From: Promethearchaeota archaeon
Lineage (GTDB): Archaea; Asgardarchaeota; Lokiarchaeia; Sigyniarchaeales; SOKP01
NCBI GenBank assembly: GCA_019057795.1
Contig: JAHLWS010000082.1
Location: 64,001-128,000, forward strand
DNA length: 64,000 nt
Reading direction: 5' to 3'
The stretch's first letter is position 1, and each line of letters starts with the position of its first letter. Made by a program: the position numbers and the translations under genes. A model generated the notes under the pieces. The model saw nothing but the letters and a program-made list of their open reading frames with translations. It was not told the DNA's origin and made no database searches. This document shows positions 1 to 10,735 of the stretch, one piece after another.

Positions 1-184
1 GTTTTACAACCAGATTTTCAAATTCCATCTGATAAGTGGCTAAATCCGTTCCAATAGTGATTTTCATGGGAGTAAAATGCCCCGTAACTAGTCTCTGTAT
101 CATGGTGCTTTTACCAACCCCTCCATCTCCTACAACGACTACCTTAAAAAGATATTTGCGTTTTTGCTCGCTTGGTTGCGACAT
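1..184 (-). CDS. Rab/Ras-like small GTPase, partial (runs off window start)
   Basis: Not in ORF track; manual translation MSQPSEQKRKYLFKVVVVGDGGVGKSTMIQRLVTGHFTPMKITIGTD has a G1 P-loop and G2 TIG motif. Confidence 0.9.
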   Translation of the reverse strand, partial: MSQPSEQKRKYLFKVVVVGDGGVGKSTMIQRLVTGHFTPMKITIGTDLATYQMEFENLVVK

Positions 185-272
185 AATATACAATTATTTG
201 AAATTCATGTAATTAATATATGGATAAGATTTTAATAAATTTGATTTTAATAAATTAAAATAATTCTATAAT

Positions 273-1178
273 TTATTCTCTAGCTAAATCTCGATTAAAT
301 TTTTTATTTATTTTAGTAAGATTTTCGATTATGTTTTTACGATTTTCTTCGGGCAATTTTTTCAGTAAATTTTCAAAATCAGTGTGATTAATGCTGTTTA
401 AATCTTTGTAGATAAAGATAAGTAACAAACTTGCCACTAGAGGTGAAATTATAACAATTAAAAATGATATGACGGATATACTTAATGGTTGTGAACCCTC
501 AATTCCCGTGCCTGGTAAATAATACGAAAATCTTGAAAAAGTGTTATCAATAAATAAAGTAAAACTTATATTTAAGATGTTTAGGAATATGAATGTACTT
601 AAGTTAATAATGCTTACAATTTTAAAACTCTTCAATTTTAGATGTGCGATTACTTTATCTAAATCGTTTTTAAGTATAGTATTGTTTTGTGCTTGTGTAC
701 TGAGTTTATTATTATTATTTTTCAACCTAATTACTATTTTGGAATAATTCCATACATCAATTAGTATCCAATAAAACCCGAAAGTGTAGAGAAAGTTAAA
801 AATTATGTTAAAAAATAGATCATAATATTGAATTAACTGTGGATGATAATAAGATTCTGCTCCTATCCAAAACAATAAAATTAATTGGAGTATTGATGTG
901 AAAAACAATCGATTAGCATGCTTTTTTTCTAATCCTATGGGGCTATAAGTAATTAGGGTGCTATTAGGTGTGGTTCTCCATTTATTTGTATTAATTATTC
1001 TGAAAAATACAGAATACGCAAACGTGATAATTGGAAATAACAGTAGAAATAAATTTACCCAAGATTGAGCAAGGACAAACAAATATAAAATAGTAAAAAT
1101 TATTACATCTCTAAGTAAAGTCTCATTAAGTAATTCTCTTAAAAGTAAATAGTTTTCATCAGAATTATTTTCACTCAT
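273..1178 (-). CDS. Hypothetical multi-pass membrane protein
   Basis: 301 aa ORF with about 6 hydrophobic segments; no recognised family. Confidence 0.7.
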   Translation of the reverse strand: MSENNSDENYLLLRELLNETLLRDVIIFTILYLFVLAQSWVNLFLLLFPIITFAYSVFFRIINTNKWRTTPNSTLITYSPIGLEKKHANRLFFTSILQLILLFWIGAESYYHPQLIQYYDLFFNIIFNFLYTFGFYWILIDVWNYSKIVIRLKNNNNKLSTQAQNNTILKNDLDKVIAHLKLKSFKIVSIINLSTFIFLNILNISFTLFIDNTFSRFSYYLPGTGIEGSQPLSISVISFLIVIISPLVASLLLIFIYKDLNSINHTDFENLLKKLPEENRKNIIENLTKINKKFNRDLARE

Positions 1179-1269
1179 TTTTTAATAATAAATAATAAAA
1201 AACATTTATACTCTATGATATTATTAGTTCTAAATTATAGATTAACAATAATTATCAAAATACCTTTCG

Positions 1270-3249
1270 GTGGACAAAATAAATTACCTCGATTTCTTTC
1301 CTTATGAGCAATTTAGACGCGACCAAGAAGATATCACGAAAAAAATTGAGAAAGCTTCAATTGAAAAAAAAAATACTTTACTCGCAGCTCCAAATGGTAC
1401 AGGTAAGACAATAATTGCTTTAAGTGCCTTATTGCCTTTATCAATAAGAAATAATTTAAAAATCATCTATATGTGCCGTACTCACTCTCAGAATACAAGG
1501 ATTATTAAAGAACTAACGAAAATTTCAAATTTTCTAAAAAAGAAAACCCCCCAAATCCAAATAAACGGGCTTTCCATTAGGGGAAGGAACGAAATGTGCC
1601 TTAACGAAACATTATTATCGTTAAAACTTAGACCAAAAGAATCGATGTCCGTGTGTGGAGATTTAAGAAAAAATAAAAATTGTAGATATTTTCTAAATTT
1701 AATCAAAAAAAGAAGTGAATACGATAACCCTATCGATATTGCTCCCGATTTATTAAGTGAACCGGTTGATGCCGAAGAATTAATTAACTTTTGTAAGGAT
1801 AAAAAATTATGTCCTTATTTTTTGAGCAAATTTCTTCTAAAAGAAATGAGAATAATTGCATGCAATTACCAGTGGATTTTCAATCCTTTTATACGCGAAA
1901 ATTTTTTACAATTTATAGATGAAGAGCTTAATAATTGCATTTTAGTGCTTGATGAATGCCATAATGTAATTGATATGGCAACAGAAATTAATTCCGATAG
2001 AATAACGCCGTACTCACTTAGAATATGTCTAAAGGATTTAGAAATTTTCCGGTCACCAAGTATTATGCAGAGGTTTGTAAAAGTTTTATTAAGCCATTTA
2101 GAAAAGAAGAAAAAGAGTTCAAGTGTAGCAGAAATAGAAATTAAAGCAGAAAATTTCTTGCTTCAAATTTATTCAAAGTTAGGGTTTTCGAACTTAAACG
2201 ATTTTAAGAATCTTCTTAGGGATTTACACACTTTCAGTGTTTCAATTCACAACGAAAAGGTAGCTAACGGTGATATTTCAAGAGATTTCATAGGGGCCTT
2301 AGCAGAGTTCTGGCTAAAATGGATAAGATGCTATTTATTGGATAATTACTTCTTTTGTTATAATCTAAAAAGGGTAAAAGGGAAACCGATAATTTCAATA
2401 GAAATTGTTGCGTTAGACCCACGAGATATTGTTATTCCCATTTTAAAAGAATGTTATACTAGTGTGCATCTTTCTGGAACCGTAAATCCTTATGTTTATA
2501 ACAATTTAATGGGTTTAAGAGAAAGTGGAAAAAGCTATAAAGGAATCGTTGCGAGTTCACCATTTAAAAAGGAAAACATTAAAGCATTAATTACAGAAGG
2601 AGTAGACACGCGTAGAGGGAGTCGAACAGGTCCAATGTTTAAAAAAATGCTCTCTAAAATTGACGAAGTAATTTATAGCACTCCTGCTAACATAGGTATT
2701 TTTTGTGCTTCATATAAAGTTCTAAACGCATTAGTTACGAATGGTATTGAATCAATAGCTAATAAGAATAAAAAACAATTATTTATCGAGGAACCAGGAC
2801 TTTCTGCTTCAGAAAATGCCTACTTGGTAAACGATTTTAAATCAATGGCATCACCTTCTCGTAATGGAGCTGTTTTATTGGGCGTGTGTGGAGGGCGAAA
2901 TTCAGAAGGAGAAGATTATCCGGGAGATCATATGAATTCAGTAATTATCGCTGGATTTCCGTATCATTTACCCTCCCCCCGAGTTAATGCAAAAATAGCA
3001 TATTACGATAATGTTTTTGATAAGCAAGGATGGAATTTCGCGTACCTATATCCTGCCGTTCAAAGGGCAAACCAAGCTTCTGGGCGCCCTATACGAAAAT
3101 TAAAAGATAAAGGCGCAATAATATTTATGGATTTCCGTTTTAAACAAAAGTACAAATGGATTTCTGAATGGATAAGAAAAGAACTTGAAGTTGTGCCAGA
3201 TAAGGAAGGTGTTTTAACGAAAAATTTATATCCCTTTTGGCACAGTTAA
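1270..3249 (+). CDS. xpd: XPD/Rad3/DinG-family Fe-S DNA helicase
   Basis: APNGTGKT Walker A, DECH box, four Fe-S Cys (MCLN, VCGD, NCRY, LCPY), SEGEDY and QASGRPIR motifs. Confidence 0.92.
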   Translation: MDKINYLDFFPYEQFRRDQEDITKKIEKASIEKKNTLLAAPNGTGKTIIALSALLPLSIRNNLKIIYMCRTHSQNTRIIKELTKISNFLKKKTPQIQINGLSIRGRNEMCLNETLLSLKLRPKESMSVCGDLRKNKNCRYFLNLIKKRSEYDNPIDIAPDLLSEPVDAEELINFCKDKKLCPYFLSKFLLKEMRIIACNYQWIFNPFIRENFLQFIDEELNNCILVLDECHNVIDMATEINSDRITPYSLRICLKDLEIFRSPSIMQRFVKVLLSHLEKKKKSSSVAEIEIKAENFLLQIYSKLGFSNLNDFKNLLRDLHTFSVSIHNEKVANGDISRDFIGALAEFWLKWIRCYLLDNYFFCYNLKRVKGKPIISIEIVALDPRDIVIPILKECYTSVHLSGTVNPYVYNNLMGLRESGKSYKGIVASSPFKKENIKALITEGVDTRRGSRTGPMFKKMLSKIDEVIYSTPANIGIFCASYKVLNALVTNGIESIANKNKKQLFIEEPGLSASENAYLVNDFKSMASPSRNGAVLLGVCGGRNSEGEDYPGDHMNSVIIAGFPYHLPSPRVNAKIAYYDNVFDKQGWNFAYLYPAVQRANQASGRPIRKLKDKGAIIFMDFRFKQKYKWISEWIRKELEVVPDKEGVLTKNLYPFWHS

Positions 3250-3303
3250 AATATTAGAGAGAATCAATTATTTTACATTAATTCAAGAAGTTTACCGCAT
3301 TTA

Positions 3304-5088
3304 TTATAAATTAAGATATAGATTAGCTAATTTTTTAGAAACAATGCTCCATGTAAAATTGGTCTTAACTCTTTTGTAGCAATTTTCTTTAATCTTTTTG
3401 TAGAAGTGTGGATCTAAAAGAACTAAAGACTTGATTATTTCGTCTGGAATCTGATTTACCAATTGAAGGATTTCTGTTTCATATATATTTTCTTTGCTTT
3501 TCGCTCTCTTAGAGATTTCTGCTAAAACTAAAAGAGAGATTGAAGCTTCAGCAAATTGAGAGGGATTATCTCTTTCAACTAAAACCCCAGTTCCTATTTC
3601 TGGGAAGTTTCTTAGATCAATGATGGATTCTTTTAAGCCTCCAACCTTACTTGCAATGATGGGCATTTTAGATGCCATAGCTTCTAATGCCATAATACCA
3701 AATGGTTCCCATCGGGAAAGAGATACAAAAACATCGGCAGATATATGTGCCAGATAAAAAATATCGGAAGCTACTCCGAAAATAATCCTAACATTTTCAG
3801 GATACTTTTTAACATATGTGGAATATATTTTAATTTCATCAAGGCTATAGTCCGTTGGTAAAATAAGGAAAAGAAATCGTGCATCATGAACTACCTTTAA
3901 GACCTCTGGAATTGCTTCAAAAATGATTTCAAAACCTTTTTGAGGCGATATACGACCAGTAGTTAATAATAATGGGCCACTTTCGGAAAAAGCTTTAATA
4001 TTACCGTTTTTAATAAAGGGATTTCCGTTTGATATTTCGTTTATTGTGTCAAGAACTTTTTGTGAATTAATTAAAGGACTCCGACTTAATTTTCCAATTT
4101 TGTATTCTAATAAATACTCTTTTAAATCTTTTCTTTCTATTTTTGATAATTCATTTAAATTGAGATATTCTCTTAAATCGTGGCCGTGAATTTTCAAAAC
4201 TTTTTCATATATCTCGTAATAATCCCAATCAGTTCCATCATATACAAAATCAGCCTTGAACGCTATTAATTTTTTGCCACAGTTTGGAATAATGTCTGAT
4301 ATTAAATATGATTGGCTTACTGTAGTAACAACATCTGATATAATAGCTCCAATCTTTTCAACTGTGGGTACTGTAGATTCAATACCCAATTCGTTAAATT
4401 CTTTAGATAGTTTAAATATTTCGTTCAAATTTAGTAATTTAAACCCTTCATTTAATAAGACTCTAATTGGCGTTTCGTCTATTCCACTTGCTCTATAAAA
4501 GTCGTATTCGAACCTCGGCCAAGTTAATAAGTGTATCGTTAATATTGAAGCAACATTTAAACTATTTTTTGCTAAGATCTGTTTCATTCCTATAAAGGCC
4601 AAAACAACGTGGTAATCGTGCAAATGAACAACTTCAGGCAAATAGTTCCTGTTATTTTCTATAAAGAATTCTACTAAACATTGAATCCCAATGCTAAAAA
4701 GAGATATTTTACCTTTTATTGTTTCTGGCTTATAAACCGTCTTATCATCCAAATACTTTGATGTGAAAGAATTCTCTCCAGAAACTAAAACGATGTTCAC
4801 ATTTTCCATTTTAAATTTATAAAATGAAATATAATAGCTCGCTTCCTGCTCATTTATTCCGATAAAAGAAGGATTAATTTGACCGATACAAGTGAATGGT
4901 AATTTTTCCAATTTAAATTTGTTTTTTAGATTTTCAATTTGCCCATGGGACGGCATAAATACGGTTATATCGAACTGTTCAACTAAATGTTTTGCCTGAT
5001 TTGCAGGGACCTCCCCAAGCCCTCCTACTTTAGCTACACCAGCGTACTCAAATGAAAAAATCCATACTTTTTTCTTTTTTTCTGTCAA
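3304..5088 (-). CDS. glgA: Glycogen/starch synthase (GT5)
   Basis: KVGGLGEV motif, HLHDYH, GRISPQKG, SRWEPFGIMALEAMA. Confidence 0.9.
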   Translation of the reverse strand: MTEKKKKVWIFSFEYAGVAKVGGLGEVPANQAKHLVEQFDITVFMPSHGQIENLKNKFKLEKLPFTCIGQINPSFIGINEQEASYYISFYKFKMENVNIVLVSGENSFTSKYLDDKTVYKPETIKGKISLFSIGIQCLVEFFIENNRNYLPEVVHLHDYHVVLAFIGMKQILAKNSLNVASILTIHLLTWPRFEYDFYRASGIDETPIRVLLNEGFKLLNLNEIFKLSKEFNELGIESTVPTVEKIGAIISDVVTTVSQSYLISDIIPNCGKKLIAFKADFVYDGTDWDYYEIYEKVLKIHGHDLREYLNLNELSKIERKDLKEYLLEYKIGKLSRSPLINSQKVLDTINEISNGNPFIKNGNIKAFSESGPLLLTTGRISPQKGFEIIFEAIPEVLKVVHDARFLFLILPTDYSLDEIKIYSTYVKKYPENVRIIFGVASDIFYLAHISADVFVSLSRWEPFGIMALEAMASKMPIIASKVGGLKESIIDLRNFPEIGTGVLVERDNPSQFAEASISLLVLAEISKRAKSKENIYETEILQLVNQIPDEIIKSLVLLDPHFYKKIKENCYKRVKTNFTWSIVSKKLANLYLNL

Positions 5089-5325
5089 ATTAGCTCATTT
5101 TTTAAAGAACTTAATTTACTGGAAAAAAGCTCAAGACTTATTTAATTATTAATATTTAGTTAAAGACTTTAAATATTACTTTTATTAAAGATTAATTAAA
5201 TTTATCTATTGTTTGGGTCAATCGCGGTAAAAATTAACTATATTTATTAAATTAAATAATTAAAATTTTTATTGAGTTATTCTTATAGAATTAAATAAAT
5301 AAATGAAAATTTAGAAGAAGAAATT

Positions 5326-6531
5326 ATGTGCGATACATTAGTAGCGTTAGGGGGGGCAACTAAAGATAGAAATGTAGTTTTTGGAAAGAATAGCGATAGA
5401 CCTCAATCTGAAGCCCAACTGGTAACGTACCTTCCCAGAACGCAATATTCCAAGGGAGAAGAAGTAAAATGTACCTATATTTCCATTCCACAAGTTTCTG
5501 AAACACATGAAACTATTCTCTCGCAACCTTACTGGATGTTTGGAGCTGAAATGGCTGCAAATTCATATGGCGTTGTCATAGGAAACGAGTCAGTATATTC
5601 AAGAGAAGATTATCAAGATTCGGGATTACTAGGGATGGATTTACTACGCTTAGGCGTGGAACGAGGACAATCGGCTAAAGAAGCATTAAATGTAATCACA
5701 GATTTATTAGAAAAATATGGGCAAGGAGGGGGTTGTAGTTATGGGGATCAAGGTTGGACATACCATAATTCATTTTTAATTGCGGATACAAAAGAAGCTT
5801 ATGTATTAGAAACAGCTGACAAATGGTGGATTGCAGAAATCGTTAAGGATGTAAGATCAATTTCCAACAACCTATCAATTAGGGGAAAAGGTGATTTGAG
5901 GCGAAAAGGCATAATCCAACACGCTATTGAAAAAGGATATTGTAAAGATGACAGCAATTTTGATTTCGCTATGATTTTTTCAGACCCTCAAATTCCCGAT
6001 AAATTTTCTCCTATTACACGAGAAGGGTGTTCATTAGCAATGTTAAACGAGAATAATCAAAAAATTACTCCGGCTTTAATGATGGAGTTTTTGAGGGAAC
6101 ACAATGTAGGAATATGTATGCATGGGTCGTTTCAATCAACAGCCTCTCAAGTATCACACCTAAAAAAAGATGGTAAATCTATACATTGGTTCACTGGAGG
6201 TACACTTCCGTGTTTAAATATCTTTAAACCATACATTTTTCCGGGACAAGGACAAATATTTTCTACAGAAAAACCTGGACCATACAAAGAGCTAGATTCA
6301 TCCTGGTTTTGGTCAAGGCATAAAGAATTTATAAGTCCATATAAAAAACGCTCAATTAAACCAGAAAAGCAAGAATATATCAACAGATTAAGAAAAATAG
6401 AAAAAAAATTATCAAGCGATGTAGAAAACATTACTAAACAAGAAACATCTCTTTCTAGCAACGATTTTACGAAGAAAGTTATAACTTTAAATAACAAAGC
6501 GTGGGAACTAGCGGAAGAACTAATAAAATAA
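5326..6531 (+). CDS. C69-family dipeptidase / secernin-like Ntn hydrolase
   Basis: N-terminal MCDT nucleophile, FGKNSDR, IGNE, GMDLLRLG, HNSFLIAD. Confidence 0.88.
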   Translation: MCDTLVALGGATKDRNVVFGKNSDRPQSEAQLVTYLPRTQYSKGEEVKCTYISIPQVSETHETILSQPYWMFGAEMAANSYGVVIGNESVYSREDYQDSGLLGMDLLRLGVERGQSAKEALNVITDLLEKYGQGGGCSYGDQGWTYHNSFLIADTKEAYVLETADKWWIAEIVKDVRSISNNLSIRGKGDLRRKGIIQHAIEKGYCKDDSNFDFAMIFSDPQIPDKFSPITREGCSLAMLNENNQKITPALMMEFLREHNVGICMHGSFQSTASQVSHLKKDGKSIHWFTGGTLPCLNIFKPYIFPGQGQIFSTEKPGPYKELDSSWFWSRHKEFISPYKKRSIKPEKQEYINRLRKIEKKLSSDVENITKQETSLSSNDFTKKVITLNNKAWELAEELIK

Positions 6532-6565
6532 AAATAAGAAGAAATTTAGCTTAAAATCTTAATGT

Positions 6566-7975
6566 TTATTTAATTTCATTACTAATTTTTGTTAAAAGTC
6601 TAAGCATTTCATTTTTTACAAAGTAACCACAGAGAGGGCTAAAACTTGGCACGGGTTCATAACCCCCTTCTTCAACATATTCGTGTATAGGAAATAGGTA
6701 TCCTATCCAATCTTGAGCATTTTGAAAAATAAAAATGTTATCTTTTCCAATTAAAGACGCTTTAAGAAAGCTTTCTCCTATTTCTTCAAACAATTCTCCT
6801 GGAATTGTCATTAAACTAAATTCTTTTTCCTTAGATTTTGATTTTGCCTTAACCTTGATATATTGAATAACAGTGTTGCATCTGAATTTACCTTTATTTT
6901 TATCAATGATAAAAATTGGAAAATTAGAATTTAACATTGTATATCGAGCAATGTTTAACAAGAATAATTTCTTAATTGCGTAAATCAATTTGTTTGTAAA
7001 CCATTGTTTAGAAAAATATTTGTGATCTTTCATTGGAATCCAAAACTCGTGTGCATATATTTGGAATTCTATGGTGCTAAAATAATCATTATCAGAAATA
7101 GAATTCGCTAATTTCAACGCTTCTTCAGCAATAGTATATCCAATTCTTTCTGTATGATGATAAGTACCTAGCTGATCGTATATTGGCGTTTTATCCAATT
7201 CAAATTGTTCGTACTCAGTCCCACATGTTGTTATAGGGTTTAAATCACCTGAAGCGCCATTGAAGTATATTGCTTTTACTTTATTATTTGTTAATTCGCT
7301 AATTTTCTGAATTATACGACCCGGATAATCGGCAGATAATTTATTATTTTTGTATGATAATGTAGTAGGATGGCACGCATAGTTAATAATAAAACCTAAC
7401 AATTCATTTTCTTCTAAACTTTTAAAAGTAATTACTCCTAAATGAGGAAGAGTCTTCCTAGAGGGGTGTCTTCTGTTGATTACGAGGTCTGGATTAAAGG
7501 GTTCCTTTTTCCACGCAATTTTGCAAGACTTTAAATTACTAAATAATCCTTCGACCATTTTCAGTATTTTATTAGTGAACCATACGATGTATTTATCATT
7601 CTTATTCGCACCAAACATAATACCTCTCATTACATTTAGAGCACCTCCAGGCCAATAAAACTCGCCCGTTAAATCAAAAGCAGCGTGAGTATGAGTGGCA
7701 TGCACTAAAATTTGTTCAAATTTTAATGAAGGATATTTCTTAATTATTTTATTTCTAATGTATTTTGTTATAGATAAAGGAACTTTTAACAAATCTAAAG
7801 ATATTAGAAGCAAAAAATCTTTAGTAGAAGCTACTGAATTGCTTTCAATTAAAACGCTATGAACATAAATGTCATCTAACTTCCCTAAACAGGGGTCTTT
7901 ACGAGTATATCCTGCCAAAGGTTTACTAACATATTCTTTGGGAGTAATATTTAACTTACTAAAAGCAACTTTCAT
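6566..7975 (-). CDS. Neutral/alkaline ceramidase-like amidohydrolase
   Basis: PLAGY, ATHTHA, NYACHPT, SADYPG, GASGD, PGELF, GGYE motifs. Confidence 0.82.
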   Translation of the reverse strand: MKVAFSKLNITPKEYVSKPLAGYTRKDPCLGKLDDIYVHSVLIESNSVASTKDFLLLISLDLLKVPLSITKYIRNKIIKKYPSLKFEQILVHATHTHAAFDLTGEFYWPGGALNVMRGIMFGANKNDKYIVWFTNKILKMVEGLFSNLKSCKIAWKKEPFNPDLVINRRHPSRKTLPHLGVITFKSLEENELLGFIINYACHPTTLSYKNNKLSADYPGRIIQKISELTNNKVKAIYFNGASGDLNPITTCGTEYEQFELDKTPIYDQLGTYHHTERIGYTIAEEALKLANSISDNDYFSTIEFQIYAHEFWIPMKDHKYFSKQWFTNKLIYAIKKLFLLNIARYTMLNSNFPIFIIDKNKGKFRCNTVIQYIKVKAKSKSKEKEFSLMTIPGELFEEIGESFLKASLIGKDNIFIFQNAQDWIGYLFPIHEYVEEGGYEPVPSFSPLCGYFVKNEMLRLLTKISNEIK

Positions 7976-8108
7976 TGGATAATATTAAAAGTAATTTACT
8001 CAAAAAGTTTTCTTTTTAAAAAGTTAGATTAAAAGAACGACTTTTACGAAAAATTTTTATCTTTTTCAATATTTTTTCTAATAATTCATTAATTTAAATA
8101 GTTAACAA

Positions 8109-8414
8109 ATGGTTTTTTTTATGGCTTTGAGTAAATTAGATGTATTAGGAATTGAAGGCACTATATCAAATTATAAGCAAGGGCGTCATACAATACACCT
8201 TAAACATTGTATTATCGTGTTTCCAAATGTTAAGACTAGAAAAGAGGCTAATAAATTAATTGGAAGGACAGTAGTTTGGGTAAGTTCTACGGGAAAAGAA
8301 TTAAAAGGTATCATATCGCGCGCACATGGCAACAGTGGAGCGGTTAGAGCCCACTTCAAAAAAGCTGGCGTCCCTGGACAAGCATTAGGTACTAAAGTGA
8401 AAATTATAAAATAA
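8109..8414 (+). CDS. rpl35ae: 50S ribosomal protein L35Ae (eL33)
   Basis: GIISRAHGNSGAVRAHF and PGQALG signature; true start may be the second Met. Confidence 0.95.
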   Translation: MVFFMALSKLDVLGIEGTISNYKQGRHTIHLKHCIIVFPNVKTRKEANKLIGRTVVWVSSTGKELKGIISRAHGNSGAVRAHFKKAGVPGQALGTKVKIIK

Positions 8415-8571
8415 CTATTTTTTAAGTATTGTTCTCACGAATTATAAGGACTTCTTTCGTAATATTTCAATAACATACCTAAATTAATACTATATTTTCA
8501 TCTATTTCTGTTGATAAAGCGATCAAAAATAGTTTTTTTTTAATTTAAATAGGTCGGGTTTAAAATTAAAT

Positions 8572-10677
8572 ATGTCGGAGCAACACTTCCAAATATGTCA
8601 TTTTTGCCAGCGAAATGTAAAGATAGCGTATTATTGTGAAAAATGTGGCGTTAGTTGTTGTTCTGATTGCCTTCACGAAGAAAAAGTCGATTCTTATGTT
8701 TGTCAAGATTGCAATTCAAAAAATATTGCTCTCTCAGGATCAAGTAAGCAAAAGATTTGTAACGATTGTGGAAAAGAGAATATAATCAAAACGAACCAAC
8801 TTTTAAAATCTTGTCCCAAGTGTCATTCTCATCAAATTATTAATATCTACGAAAAGAAGGAAGATTTAGAAAAACAATTTTTAGAATTAATTAAAAACGC
8901 ACGCTCCTTTATTGATCCATTTAGGGATATAGTAAATTCCCTTTATATGATAAGACAGAGAGTATTTGATGCAAGAGCGCCTCCTATAAGGTGTTTTCAT
9001 TATCCTAAAATGGAATCCGACCTCTTAGCGCTCTTTAAATTATTTATATATGCAAAAGAAAATCTTCTTGAAAAGATACACAATCTAATCCAACATTTAT
9101 CTATAAATAGAGAATATTTTTTTAATATTTACACTCAACAGAATTCTAATATAAGAATTATAGAAGACATTTTAGAAAATTTAAATAGAAGCTATAATTC
9201 TATAACTGATTTTATTCAAAGTAATGTAAAAACAATAAATACTAGCATAGATAACCTATTAAAAAATCTTATTTTCATAGACAAGATCGCATTTTACTTC
9301 AAAAACTATATTAAATTTCTCAATTTAGCAGAAGATGAAAAACCCGTTTATGCGATATATGCAAAATTAGCGAATGGTCTTAACACAGAAGATAAATACA
9401 AAAAAGATAAAGGTATTCTGTTCATTACTAATTTTGACTTATCATTTGTTCATGAATATGGAAGATTAAAGAGAAAGAAAAAAGGTATTTTTAAAGCGCC
9501 AGTTAAAGATTTAACTAGCGTTAAAATAAAAGGTAAGCTGTTTAAAAAACTTTATATCGAATTTCCTTATGGTAGATATGAATTCACACTTCCTACAAAT
9601 TCAATTTCGCGAGTATTAGATTATATTCTACTAGCCAGAAGTTTTGATGAAACTATTGTGTATGATAAAGTGGCAGCGAAAAAACTTTACGATATTGATG
9701 TCGATTTGAGCGATTTAACCAATTATATTGAGGAGACGATAAATTCTTTCTTTAGTATAAAATGCCAATATAATAATGTTAATTCAAATAATGTATTCGT
9801 TAATCTTCACAATGCTAACCCATTATTTAATCAAAATCTAAGGAATGTACCTAATCAAATTTCACTTCAAGCCCCATATAATCAAAATCAGCCTACTTAC
9901 CAAAATAATTTTATTTATCCATTTAATAATTATCAAAATATGCCAAGAAATCCATTGCTTTATCAAAAAAATAAAGGATTTTCTAATCAAGGATTCGGCC
10001 AAATTCAAACTCCTGAAGAATTAAACCATTACAACAACACAGTAAGGCACTACCTACCGCCAAATTACAATCAAAATGAATTCTTCTTGCAAAATCTAAC
10101 TGAGACCGGTAGGATACAGAATTACGATCCTATAAGGTCTAACAGCGGATTTAAAAACAATTTTTCTAATGCTGAAGAGAAAAACTTTTTAATGAGAAAA
10201 TTAGAACAATTGCAAAGATACGGCGCCCCTTCTTCTAATCCATTGTATAGAAATAATTTTGACGAACGATCGTACGAACCTGCCTATTATCGATTGAATG
10301 AAAAAGTTAGACAAATGCCACAATATAACGAATACTCGAGGAATCATCTTTCAGAATTGTTTAATAATGACCATATGTCAAATCAACCGAATGATCTCCT
10401 AAGACCTAATTCAAAGAAAATGAATAAAACGAGACGTAAAAAAATGTTTGAATTGAAAAAAGAAAAATATAGTCTCGTAGAAACGTTAAAAACATTAGAA
10501 TCAAAATTTGAATCTGGAAATATTTCTGAAATTGATTTCTTTAAAAATTTTAAGAAATTACAAAAGGATTTCTATACAATTGATAAAAGCATTGAATCGA
10601 TCGACGAAGAGATGCAAGAAGAAGATTTTTTAAGAAGAAATGCCAAAAAATTCGATAGAAAAAGATATTTTACCTAA
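8572..10677 (+). CDS. Multidomain protein: B-box-like/Zn ribbons, coiled coil, PH(GRAM/GLUE)-like domain, N/Q/P-rich region, C-terminal steadiness-box-like hairpin (ESCRT-I-like candidate)
   Basis: CHFC-x9-CEKC-x4-CSDC-x-H plus three more CxxC; GILFITNFDLSF; NQ-rich tract; EKYSLVETLKTLESKFESGNISEIDFFKNFKKL. Confidence 0.6.
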   Translation: MSEQHFQICHFCQRNVKIAYYCEKCGVSCCSDCLHEEKVDSYVCQDCNSKNIALSGSSKQKICNDCGKENIIKTNQLLKSCPKCHSHQIINIYEKKEDLEKQFLELIKNARSFIDPFRDIVNSLYMIRQRVFDARAPPIRCFHYPKMESDLLALFKLFIYAKENLLEKIHNLIQHLSINREYFFNIYTQQNSNIRIIEDILENLNRSYNSITDFIQSNVKTINTSIDNLLKNLIFIDKIAFYFKNYIKFLNLAEDEKPVYAIYAKLANGLNTEDKYKKDKGILFITNFDLSFVHEYGRLKRKKKGIFKAPVKDLTSVKIKGKLFKKLYIEFPYGRYEFTLPTNSISRVLDYILLARSFDETIVYDKVAAKKLYDIDVDLSDLTNYIEETINSFFSIKCQYNNVNSNNVFVNLHNANPLFNQNLRNVPNQISLQAPYNQNQPTYQNNFIYPFNNYQNMPRNPLLYQKNKGFSNQGFGQIQTPEELNHYNNTVRHYLPPNYNQNEFFLQNLTETGRIQNYDPIRSNSGFKNNFSNAEEKNFLMRKLEQLQRYGAPSSNPLYRNNFDERSYEPAYYRLNEKVRQMPQYNEYSRNHLSELFNNDHMSNQPNDLLRPNSKKMNKTRRKKMFELKKEKYSLVETLKTLESKFESGNISEIDFFKNFKKLQKDFYTIDKSIESIDEEMQEEDFLRRNAKKFDRKRYFT

Positions 10678-10735
10678 GAATTCCAATACTAATCAAAATT
10701 GATTGAAATTGGTAAAGAGAATAAGTTTAAAAAAA